Assembly (NCBI RefSeq): GCF_026210795.1
Contig: NC_089433.1
Span: forward strand, 4,526,001 to 4,590,000
Reading direction: 5' to 3'
Length of the DNA: 64,000 nt
Source of the DNA: Rhizophagus irregularis
Lineage: Eukaryota
The notes beneath the pieces were generated by a model. The model searched no databases. It was given only the letters and a program-made list of their open reading frames with translations, and had not been told where the DNA came from. This document shows, piece after piece, positions 14,824-26,971 of the stretch. Position numbers and translations under genes: made by a program. The stretch's first letter is position 1; the number at the start of each line of letters is the position of its first letter.

Positions 14824-15209
14824 TTAAGTATATGCCGATCATTTTCAAGTTGGTTTTAATGAAAAATAAAAGTGATATTTAAAACTATCTTTGCTGTTCT
14901 TTGTCATTCTAAGTAAATTTGCAAAGTAGCTAAACATAGTCTTAATGACTTTTAAAAATTTATATATTTATTATGTAATAAGAAAATTTTCTCTATTTTG
15001 TGATTTTTGTTACGTAACAATGATTGACATGCAAAATTTGTTTTGTCATACATGCAATATTTGTGATCAACATTTTGTATACAATGCATTTTGAATAAAT
15101 ATTATTACCATATTTATCTTTACTAATAGGGCGTTTAATATAAATAATAAAAAAAAAGAAAAAAAGTTATTTCTTTATCTTCCCCAATTAAGAAGAATTT
15201 GATATAGTA

Positions 15210-18200
15210 ATGGATCAATGTATCGACAAAGGTAATTATATAGCAGAATATATAATATAAAATTAGAAGTTAATAGGTTATCTTATAATTAAATAAAATT
15301 AATAATAACAGATAATGAAATTAATTATTATTTTTATTATATTCTTATGTAACTAAATAATTTATTTAATGATTAATAATACCATAGATTGTAAGTTATC
15401 AGTTACTTAAATTTTTAGTTTTTTTACTTTATTTATATTCAAATAACTAAATACTTTGTTTAAATAATTTTTTAATACTACAGCTAGTAAGTTACAATAC
15501 TTAATAATATTGTATTTAATATTACATTTATTTATTAATATTTTAATATAACTTAACTAATTATATTTTTAATTTAAATAAATAGATTGTAAGTGATATT
15601 TTAATTTATAGTAAATAGTATTTTTCTATTATATTTATATCTAACTAATTAATAATTGATAATACTACAGGGTGTAAGCTATATGATATCTATATTTCTA
15701 TATTATATAGTAATTTAAGCTAACTCAATTCTTTATTTAAAAATTATTTTGCAATTTCTTTTAGTGGGTAAGTTATTTATTTAATTCTATTATTACTTAT
15801 TGCTATAATAAACTAACTAAATTCTTTATTTAATAGATGGTAAGTTATAAATTAATTAACTAATTCTATTATTACTTATGGACATATATTTACATATAAT
15901 TTAAACTAACTAAATTAAAAATTATTTAAATAATATAGGATGTAAGTTATTTATTCTATTATTTATTGTTATAAGATTTGCATATAATTTAAACCAACTA
16001 AATTCTTTATTTAAAAATTATTTAAATAATATAGGGAGTAAGTTATTTATTTAATTCTATTATTACTTATTGTTATAATATTTACATATAATTTAAACTA
16101 ACTAAATTCTTTATTTAAAAATTATTTTAATAATATAGGTAGTAAGTTATTTATTTAATACTATTATTACTTATTGTTATAATATCTACATATAATTTAA
16201 ACTAACTAAATTCTTTATTTAAAAAATTATTTTATAGAAGGTAAATTAATTATTTAATTCTATTATTACTTATTGTTATACTAATATTTACATATATTTA
16301 AACTAACTAAATTCCTTATTTAAAAAATTTCTTTTAGCTAGTAAGTTATAAGTTATTTATTCAATTCTACTATTACTTATTGTTGTAATATTTAAATATA
16401 ATTCATATTAACTAAATTCTTTATTCAAAAAAATTATTTTGTAATTTCTTTTAGTGGGTAAGTTGTTACTTATTATTATAATATTTACATATAATTTAAA
16501 CTAACTAAATTTTTTATTTAATAGATCGTAAGTTATAAGTTATTTATTTAATTCCATTATTACATATTGTTATAATATTTACATATAATTTTAACTAAAT
16601 TCTTTATTTATAGCTCGTAAGTTATAAGTCATTTATTTATTTCCATTATTACTTATTTTTATAATATTTACGCATAATTTAAACTAACTAAATTCTTTAT
16701 TTAATAGATCGTAAGTTATAAGCCATTTATTTAATTCTATTATTACTTACTATTTTTATAATATTTACATATAATTTAAACTAATTAAATTCTTTATTTG
16801 GAAAATTATTTTGTGATTCTATTAGTTAGTAAGTTATAAGTTATTTGTTTAATTCTATTATTACTAATTGTTATAATATTTATATATAATTTAAATTAAC
16901 TAAATTCTTTATTTAAAAAATTATTTTGTAATTTCCTTTAGTGGGTAAGTTATTTATGTAATTCTATTATTACTTAATTGTTATAATACTTACATGTAAT
17001 TTAAACTAACTAAATTCTTTATTTACAAAATTATTTAAATAATATAGAGTGTAAGTTATTTACTTAATTCTATTATTACTTATTGTTGTAATAATTACAT
17101 ATAATTTAAACTAACTAAATTTTTATTTAATAGCCCGTAAGTTATAAGTTATTTGTTTAATTCTATTACTACTTGTTTTTATAATATTTATATATAATTT
17201 AGCTAATTAAATTCTTTATTTAAAAATTATTTTGTGATTTTTTTTAGTTAGTAAGTTATAAGTTATTTACTTAATTCTATTATTATTTATTATAATATTT
17301 ACATATAATTTAAACTAACTAAATAAAAATTATTTAAATAATACAGGGTGTAAGTTATTTATTTGATTCTATTATTACTTATGGTTATAATATTTACATA
17401 TATAATTTAAACTAACTAAATTATTTAATAGATCGTAAGTTATAAGTTATTTACTTAATTCTATCATTACTTATTGTTATAATATTTACTTATAATTTAA
17501 ACTGACTAAATTCTTTATTTAAAAAATTAACTAAATAATATAGGGTGTAAGTTGTTTATTTAATTATATTATTACTTATAATTACATATAATTGTAACTA
17601 ACTAAATTCTTTATTTAAAAAATTATTTAAATAATATAGGGTGTAAGTTATTTATTTAATTCTATCATTACTTATTTTTATAATATTTTAAACTAACTAA
17701 ATTTCTTATTTAATAGGTCGTAAGTTATAAGTTATTTTTAATTCCATTATTACTTATCGTTGTAATATTTATATAAAATTTAAACTGGCTAAATTTTTTA
17801 TTTTAATAGATAGTAAGTTATAAGTTGTTTATTTAATTCTATTATTGTTATAATATTTACATATAATTTAAACTAATTAAATTCTTTATTGAAAAAATTA
17901 CTATTTATATAGAGTGTAAGTTATTTACTAAATTCTATTATTATTTATTGTTGTAATATTTATATAATTAAACTAACTAAATTCTTTATTATTTTGTAAC
18001 TTTTTTTTAGTGGGTAAGTTATTTATTTAATTCTATTATTACTTATTGTCATAATATTTACATATAATTTAAACTAACTAAATTCTTTATTTAATTTGTA
18101 ATTTCTTTTAGCTGGTAAGTTATTTATTTAATCTATTATTATTACTTATTGTTATAATATTTACATATAATTTAAACTGACTAAATTTTTTGTTTAAAAA

Positions 18201-20640
18201 ATTATTTTGTAATTTCTTTTAGTTGGTAAGCTGTTTATCTAATTTTATTATTACTTATTGTTATAAATATTTACATATAATTTAAATTTAACTAAATTCT
18301 TTATTTAATAGATGGTAAGTTATTTACTTAATTATATTATTACTCATTGTTATATTATTTACGAATAATTTAAACTAACTAAATTCTTTATTTAAAAAAT
18401 TATCTAAATAATATAGAGAGTAAGTTATTTATTTAATTCTATTATTGTCATAGTAATATTTACATATAATTTAAACTTAATTAAATTCTTATTTAAAAAA
18501 TTACTTAAATAATATAGAAAGTAAGTTATTTATTTAGCTCTATTATTACTTATTGTTATAATATTTATATATAGTTTAAACTAACTAAATTCTTTATTTA
18601 AATAATATAGAAAGTAAGTTACTTATTTAATTCTATTATTACTTATTGTTATAATATTTACATATAATTTAAACTAATAAATTTCTTTAAAATTATTTAA
18701 ATAATATAGAGAGTAAGTTATTTATTTAATTCTATTATTACATATTGTTATAATATTTACATTTTAAATTAACTAAATTCTTTATTTAATAGATCGTAAG
18801 TTATAGGTTATTTATTTTATTCTATTATTACTTACAATATTTATATAATTTAACTAAATTTTTTATTTAAAAAATATAGCTCGTAAGTTATTTGTTTAAT
18901 TCTATTATTACTTATTGTTATAATATTTACATAATATCTAAACTAACTAAATTCTTTATTTAACAAATTATTTAAATAATGTAGCTCGTAAGTTATTTAT
19001 TTAATTCTATTATTACTTATTGTTATAATGTTTACATATAATTTTAGACTAACTAAATTCTTTATTTAAATAATATATATAGCTCGTAAGTTATTTATTT
19101 AATTCTATTATTACTCATTGTTATAATAATTACATATAATTTAAACTAACTAAATTCTTTATTTAAAAAAATTATTTAAATAACATAGCTTGTAAGTTAT
19201 TTGTTATTTCTATTGTTATATATTTTATATAATATTTATTTGTTAACTATTCTTTTATTTAAAAATTTCTATTACTTTAGTTGGTAAGTTGTGAAATATA
19301 ACTTATTATTATAAATATTTATACAAAAACTAAGATATATATTATCTTAAATTCCTATTTAAATTTTAGAGTAAGTGTTAATTTTAATCTTAAATATTAG
19401 TTTAAATTTTATTATAAACTTTAATATAATTTTAATTATTTAAATTTATAGATTTGGAAAAAGTGGAAATGAAATCATAGATGAAATTATTCTTGAAAAA
19501 AAGTTAAGATGGATTCCTTATAATAAATTTAATAATATTGAATTTCTTGATGAAGGAGGATTTGGTATTATATACAAAGCTATTTGGTTAAATAATAATG
19601 GAAATAAAGAAGTAATTCTTAAATGTCACAAGAATTTAAATGATAATTTAGTTGAATTTTTAAATGAAGTATGATGTTATGTTATTTTTTTAATTTAAAT
19701 TATAATTTATTTATATTAATATGTTTATTATTTTCTATAGTGGAAATATCATGGAAGCTGTTTAGATTCAAATGATATTATTCATTTTTATGGATTTACA
19801 AAAAATCCAGATACTTTGGAATATTTGGTAGTAATGGATTATGCAAACAAAGGTAATTTAAGAAGTAACTTAACAAGAATAATTGAAAGTGGTTGGGATC
19901 AAAAAGTTTTTATGCTGTATGGAATTATTTATGGACTTGGCTTTATACATGAACAAAATCTCATTCATTGTGATTTTCATGATGGCAATATTCTAAATCA
20001 TAATGAGGATAAAATTTATATTAGTGATTTGGGATTATGTCAACCCATAAAATCATCTTTAGAAGAGTCTAAAATTTGTGGCGTTATACCATTTATGGCA
20101 CCTGAAGTTTTAAGAGGCAAACCTTATACTCCAGCTAGCGATATATACAGTTTTTCTATGATTATGTGGGAATTTACATCTGGAGTACCACCATTTAATG
20201 ATAGAGCACATGATATTCAACTTAGTTTAAGTATTTGTAGAGGTGAACGTCCTGAAATTATTGAAAATACTCCACAATGCTATGTAGATTTGATGAAAAA
20301 ATGTTGGGATGGTGATCCATTAAAAAGGCCATCTTCTGGGAAAATTTTAGAAACTATTGAAAAATGGGTTTTATATCCTAAAGACAAGAAAATTGAAGAT
20401 ATTAACGAAGAATTAAAATGCAATATTATGGAATTTATAAATGCACCAATTGGGCATAATAATCTTGCTACTGAATCTCACTCACAAGCTTGCCATACAA
20501 GTCGCTTACTTAATTTTACTAGTAAACAATTGAATGAAATTCTTGAAAGTAAAAATTCACAAACTTATTATGCAACCCATTCTTCTACTGGTATAACTGA
20601 AGATTTGGATGATTGTATAATTGAAGATACAAGTAATTAG
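15210..20640 (+). CDS. Tyrosine-kinase-like kinase A with N-terminus encoded by 41 three-nt micro-exons plus one 1-nt exon
   Basis: Exon 1 15210-15231 (MDQCIDK+G); micro-exons 15388 to 19283; 1-nt exon 19370; exon 19452-19668 (FGKSGN..WIPY..EGGFG..VILK); exon 19741-20640 (HCDFHDGNIL, DLG, PFMAPE, DIYSFS). The kinase part is certain; the micro-exon part is inferred from splice signals and frame consistency. Confidence 0.85.
15232..19451 (+). repeat. Tandem array of ~70-120-bp homologous introns (array A)
   Basis: Unit consensus GTAAGTTATTTATTTAATTCTATTATTACTTATTGTTATAATATTTACATATAATTTAAACTAACTAAATTCTTTATTTAAAAAATTATTT...TAG, followed by a variable triplet. Confidence 0.95.
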
Positions 20641-22507
20641 GTATGTAAAGTGTATATAATATAGCTAGTGTAATATAAAATAAATTAATTACAAATTAAT
20701 TAATTTTATTTATTTATTATTTAGATATTAAAAAAATGAAAATTAACTAATTATTTGTGTTTTAAAAAAGATATAGTTTTTTTGTAATATTTGATATCAT
20801 GCATTTAACAAAAATTGTTCTTCACTTTATTCTTTTTAGGTTTATTTAAACACTAAGGCTAGAGTAGTAAAATATTTAAAAGATTCTTAGTTTGTAATTT
20901 AAATAATTCCTTTTTTTTTTTATATTTTATCCAAATATTAAATACATGTATTCTCTCTTTGAATTATTTAAACACTAGGACTAGAGTAGTAAATATTTTA
21001 CAAATTTCTTAGTTTGTAATTTAAATAAATCTTTTTTTTTCTACAAATTGTCAAATAACAAGTATATAAACCCATTTATACATAAATTAAAAATGAATAA
21101 TGTAAAATTTTTTATACTTATTTCAATAGCTGATTGTATTTAATTATATTGTTGACTTATTTTTAATATTATTCAAATATTTTGGTCAATATAGGAATTA
21201 CACCAAGGATGTCTACTGGATTATATAATGCATTAGTTATTTTTTTATTTTTTTTGATAAATCAAAGTCTGCTTGCTAACTTTATCCAATTTTGATGTAC
21301 AAGTACATTTATGTATGCTAAAATAAATATATATTTTATTTATTGCTTAATGTAATCGAATTAAAAAAATCAATATACAGTAAACTATTATGTTATTAAA
21401 TCTCAATAAATAATTTCCTCATTATGCAAACATTTTACAGCATTTACAAATTGAAGTGCTAATTTATATTTATCATTCCATTTGAGTTTATTAAAATTCT
21501 CTTTTAAATAGAATGTAATGATTCACAACAAGCATATTCCATAACCAAATAAATATTTGTTTTCCATTTTGAATTGGATAATATTTACATGGCAATTAAC
21601 TTCTCATTGCATTTTTAACTATATTTGTATGATATTAGCAGTATACACATATAAATATTACAAACCATTTTTAATATTTTACCTTATTAACAATTTTGTT
21701 AATTGTTAAGTAAATTAAATAGAAATATTAAAGCTATAACAATATAAGAATTTTTACAATTTGTACAAATACATTTTAAACTAAAAGACTCAGTGAAATT
21801 GAATTGGATTAATTTGGGATGATGGTTATGGTTATTATCTATTGCTTTTAAGATGTTAGTTTTAATATTATTACTATACTTATTATAATAAATTAATCGA
21901 AATAACTTCACTAAAACACCATTGGTGCTCAACGACATAGTAGTATGTGTTTTCACAAAAACTATGGTCTAAATAAAGAAGTTGCTTTAATTAAAATTGC
22001 TTAACACCCTCAAAGATGGCCGAAAAAAAGATTTAATTAGTACTATTCTTATTTTTTATGCTACAAATATTGCAAAATAAAAAAATTAGGAAAATATAAG
22101 CAAAGTATATGCTTGCAGCTAAGGTTGAATCTCAACTGTTTTTTAAATAGTTGCAAAATTACAACTATATATAAGACTTAGAGTTGTGGTTGTGAATTAT
22201 GAGTTGTAATTAGTAAGGCCTAGTTGCGACCACATTGCAGCATTAAGTACTATAATGTGAAATATAATTATTACATTAATTTTAACCAGTTTATTAATAA
22301 TATATAATAAAAAGTTAAGGTAACAAATAAAAAATGCATAAATCATTTTTAAGCATAAATAGTTTAAAATAATACTTAATATTGTTAGCATGAATATCTT
22401 TATTATAGTATACAATCAATAATGGACTGTAACAATGGTGAGTATTTAAAATTTTATCAAAAAGTAAATAAAGTGTAAGATGGCCATCTAACTTTTATAT
22501 ATAGTAT

Positions 22508-23431
22508 TGTTACTGAAATATATCGGCAAGTAAAGGTCGATGGTTGGTTAAAATAAGTCGTATAAACACCAGGTTATCAACGGGATTCTTACTCAATACT
22601 ACTTATCAGGTATTATTCGTTAAAAATCGTCAAGATAAATACCTACAAAATACGATAATGATAACACACGTCGAGTAATAAATGAATAATATATCAAAAC
22701 ACACAGAAACAACAATTAACGATACGATGTATAACGGTTTTTATTAATAACATTATGAAGTGATAGGATTAAGGGTTTTACAACAAAGCGATAATAAATG
22801 ATAAAAGTGATAGGAAAAGGATTTTTACTATAGCTGATAAAATACAATCTTCGGTAATGACTACTTTTATCAACGAGTTGGTGAAAGGTATTTATATCTA
22901 TTCTCCATCTCTTTTTCCAACACCATCTATTATCATATCAAAATCTAATCTACCAATAGGTTATAAACACATAACGGAATATGTTTCATGGTAATATGGC
23001 TAATTACTATAATAGTGATAAAAATAACCATTATAAGCCCTCCTTTTGATAAGTTACGAATGACAAATTCTATCAGTTGATTATTATTAATCAAATTATC
23101 CTTCATTAACTCTTATTATAGATCTTATACATCAATATACATCAATAATCTTTAAAAAATACAATTATAGACAATAAATAAAATAATATAATATAATAAT
23201 AATATAAACAATATTGTAATATATGATTATACATATGTAAAACTAATAATAAAAATAATAATAAAATTGATAAAATAAAGAATATTATCTATATGGCTAA
23301 TTTAATGTACACAACCTGCGGTCATAAATCATTATGTAATGATAGAAATCGACATGGACACAAATTATATCGGATCGTCATATAAACATCGAATAACGTC
23401 GAACATCGGATGTGCATTTTATCGCGTAACA
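22508..23431. mobile_element. Probable solo LTR
   Basis: Termini TGTTAC...GTAACA, flanked by 4-bp direct repeat GTAT (22504-22507, 23432-23435); 924 bp with no ORF. Confidence 0.6.
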
Positions 23432-23566
23432 GTATATATAATAATTTTTAACTTACACTTTTGTATAAAGGGTTAAAATTTAATGATTATAAAATGATAA
23501 AACTATAATGCTCATTACTTTCTTTACTCACTGGTTCCTCTGGTTCTTTTATTTTAGGTTTGATTT

Positions 23567-24115
23567 CACTACAACTTTACGAAAAAAGAATGTCTGGAAT
23601 TTGTCACCAGAACTGTTTGGAAATTGTCCAGTATACCTACAAAATGTCTGGAAAATGTCCGGAATTATGAAAAAATATGGTGTCCAGAATTTTTTGAAGT
23701 CCAGAATTTGTTCAGATATGAAAAATTCAGGACAATTTCAGATAGACAAAACTGGACAAATTCTGGACAACTTGACAAATTCTGGTAGTTAGATGAGAAA
23801 AAATTCCAGGCAATAAAAAATCAAAAAATGTAAAAAGCAAAAAACTGGTATTTAAAACCTGTGTGTATACTAAGTAAACTTAAAGAGCAAGCAAAAATAC
23901 TATCTATGATGTTAATTTGAACTACTATAAACAGTTACCAGTTACTCAGTTAGGTATTTGTATAAAGGAATATATTATTGATATCATGACTTGCCGATCA
24001 TTTCAGAGAAAATTTTTTTTCCAGACAAATTCCAAATCTGGACAAATTTCGGACAAAAATCAATGTCTGGAAAATGTTCCAAATCTTGCGCATTTTCGTA
24101 TGTTTTCAGGTAGTG
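23567..24115. mobile_element. CACTA-like non-autonomous element
   Basis: Begins CACTAC..TACGAAAA and ends TTTTCGTA..GTAGTG; many TCCAGA/TCTGGA subterminal repeats. No matching TSD seen. Confidence 0.45.
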
Positions 24116-25010
24116 GTCCGATCATATTTTTGAAGAGTCATCTGGATTCAATCCGAATCTTTACAGCCAATCCGGATGATAATCCAGATCAATGGATTTA
24201 TCCTTTATTTAGGATCCATCCGGATTAATCCCATCCGATTTTAAGGATCCATCCTTTATTTCGGATCTATTCGGATTTATCCTAATCCGAAATTTAATGG
24301 ATGATCCGTATAAATGAATTTATTAATTAATTACTCCTATTATTTATAAAGTTTTCAAGTTTTCAACAAATAAATAATAAAATTGTTAATATATATAATA
24401 TAATTGAATTCATTGAATTAAAGAAATAGTAAAATATTTTATTAGACTAACAAGAAAAAATACATTATGAAACTTAATGAAAAATTTATTCTAATAAAAT
24501 TTCCTGAGTTTCACCATCCCATTCTTTTGCAAAAACTTCCATTGAACGAATATTTCTTTTTAAAAATAATATTTGTCCTACCAAATTTGTATCCAAATGC
24601 GTTCTTTTTACTGTAATTAGATTACTAGCATGCGAGAATAGTCTTTCACTTGACACGGAAGTCGCAGGAATTCCAAGATATTTGCGGGAAATTTGTGATA
24701 ATTTTGGAAAATTTTTGCACGAATTCGCCACCAATCTAGTGGATTTTCCTCCTCCAATGCAACCGGCATTGCTAAATAATTACTGACTTCATCAGTGGCT
24801 GCAAGTGATTTATCTTTTTTACTTTTAGTTTGACGGCGTTGACGGTATCCTTTCTGTGAGCGCAATGATGATTCTGCATCCGAAGAAGGCATAGTTATAT
24901 TTGATGGCTCTACTGCAGGTGAGTGCGGTGTTGAGTTATTGGATTCCATTTCATTAAACTCATCACGAAGCTTTCGAATTATTTTTTCCTTTTCATCATC
25001 TACGATTTCT
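24116..25010 (-). pseudogene. hAT transposase C-terminal (dimerisation domain) remnant with subterminal ATCCG repeats
   Basis: Frameshifted ORFs 24617-24949 (ENPLDWWR) and 24486-24734 (FPKLSQISRKYLGIPATSVSSERLFSHA); ATCCGG/ATCCGA repeats at 24116-24310. Confidence 0.85.
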
Positions 25011-26159
25011 TCCTTAACTGATTGGACTGATCAATTCCATCATACCATGTCCCAAAACAGGGCAAAGTCTTCTCATTCTCTGACTAAACGTCAATCTAGA
25101 GACATTCTTAAATCTGAAATGAATAGATTAGTCGCAGCTCACCCTAATATTTTAATTGTTGACAACCAATATCATTGTAATTCTCGTATAGTTTGCAATG
25201 TTAGGGGTAATTTAGTCCCCTTTGATCCTTATACATCAGATGACATGAAAAGTCTTGAAATGTGTTCTTTAAAACGTGATGTAAACATCAATTTGAATCT
25301 TTCTTTGCATCATAACATATCGAAATGGTCCGTCTAGATCTTTCCTTTGCTTATGATTCCAAGCAGGTGGGTCTGTCTAATAGTTCTAATACTAATTAAT
25401 TTTCTTTTTTTACAGTATAGAATTTATTACTTTTTCTTTTTGTTTTTTTTTGGAATCCTTTTATACATAGATTTATCTATTTCTGATACTTGTTTTTTTT
25501 TACAAGATAGTTTTTTTTACAATTAGAATAGTGTGAATCACTCCACTTATGACAGTATTTACAGGTGGCGACCTTGTGTCGAAAGAAAAATACGGATCGA
25601 GAAATCTTTTTTTTTTGGTTGTTGGGGTGGATGCCCTATTCCTTTGTTGGTCGTAGCTTAGGAAAAGACTAGGTTCTTTATATAATTAGAAGTTTGGGTC
25701 CGTTAGGTAATGGATGATAGTAAGAAGTAGGATAAAACCCTTTAGAGGGTATATGTTCTGTTTAATTGTCTGTCCAACTTCACATAAAATAAATAAATAA
25801 ATAAATAAATGATAGAATAAGAGAAATAGGTTGCGTGGAGAATATGCGAAGTTATAAATATAAGACGGTCAAGGCTAAACTTTGCTTCACAATAATCTAT
25901 GAAGAAATTTATAAGCGAGGGCCAATATAACAATTAAAAAGAACGGTCGTCAATATTTTTTCCGAATGTTTGATTCTAAGTTAACGTTCAGGCGTAAATA
26001 AAAAATTTTGTTGGCAAGAATGCGCAAATTTCTACAGGAAATGAGATAACAGATGGTGAAATTGTGAAAGAACATAACAAAAAATACGGAGCCTTTTTCG
26101 GAAAAGTTATTAGGATCACAAATTAAAATATATCTTAATATACTAACAACAAAAATGAT

Positions 26160-26900
26160 ATGATGAACATGATAACAAATCATAAGTTAGAAAAAGGATT
26201 ACAATTGAAAAGTCAAGATGAACTTATAGGAAAAGACGGTAATTTCAGGTCTCAGAGGATCCACAAGACGAAGCTGAACAACAAGGTATCAGACAAGTCA
26301 AAGGACGAACAAACTCACGATACAAGGAATAGTCTACTAGATCTAAAGGAACTTGGAAATGACAAGGTTACAAATTTTAATAAATTGAACGAGGTTTTTA
26401 GCGATAGAATAAATAAAATTAATGATAATCAAAGGTAACAACGGGTAAGGTATTAAAAAAAAAGAAAGATGGAGAGATTATAAATGAAAATAAAAACGTG
26501 TTGCGTCTGATCGATTGTGAGAGTGATAGTAGTGAATAAAAATTTTAATATGGTAGATTTAGATTTGTATTATTTATTTCATGGGGAGTTGGAAATAATA
26601 GGGTTTTTTTCCCGAAGGGAAAAAAGCCCTATTGTTTTCCTTCCCAGGAAATAAATGGGTAATCCCCTGGAGCGTGTCACTCATTAAATATTAACTATTT
26701 CAACTATTTTAAACTAAAATTAGTAATTTTCCGGCTATATATATGAGACCGGGAAATAACTAAATAGCTTAGGTCTTTTATAATATAGAATATAGATTCA
26801 AATTTGTATTAGATAGATACTTTATTAACACAATGCATGATTTTGGGGTTGATTACTTTTGTAATTTTCTCTAAAACTAAATAAAGAAAAAAATAAATAA
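26160..26900 (+). mobile_element. Second, degraded copy of the retroelement family seen at 5581-6123
   Basis: LQLKSQD and FNKLNEVFSDRI peptide similarity, shared TGTATTAGATAGATACTTTATT at ~26805, A-rich end at ~26880-26900. May extend further left. Confidence 0.6.
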
Positions 26901-26971
26901 TTACTTTTGTTTACTGTCTCAATCGTAAAAAACCATTGTCAATTTGCGAAATCTTTTTGTTTTGCCCTCAT

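Noticed and set aside
15388..19283. Phase-0 reading of the triplets as a TM helix plus RKKR (..LWILILWSPLGIGGVISWLLMRKKRILLLLL; array B is also hydrophobic)
   Set aside because: Exon 1 ends in phase 1 and the 1-nt exon links phase 1 to the kinase frame. I found no splice route putting phase 0 in frame. The hydrophobicity follows from the T-rich middle base. Worth rechecking if cDNA shows another first exon.
15232..19451. Arrays as CRISPR or plain satellite DNA
   Set aside because: The context is eukaryotic with no cas genes and the variable part is only 3 nt. Invariant splice signals and in-frame joining to a kinase explain the structure better.
20840..21050. ~120-bp local duplication downstream of kinase A (similar case at 5320-5530)
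   Set aside because: Ordinary UTR/intergenic duplication with no further structure.
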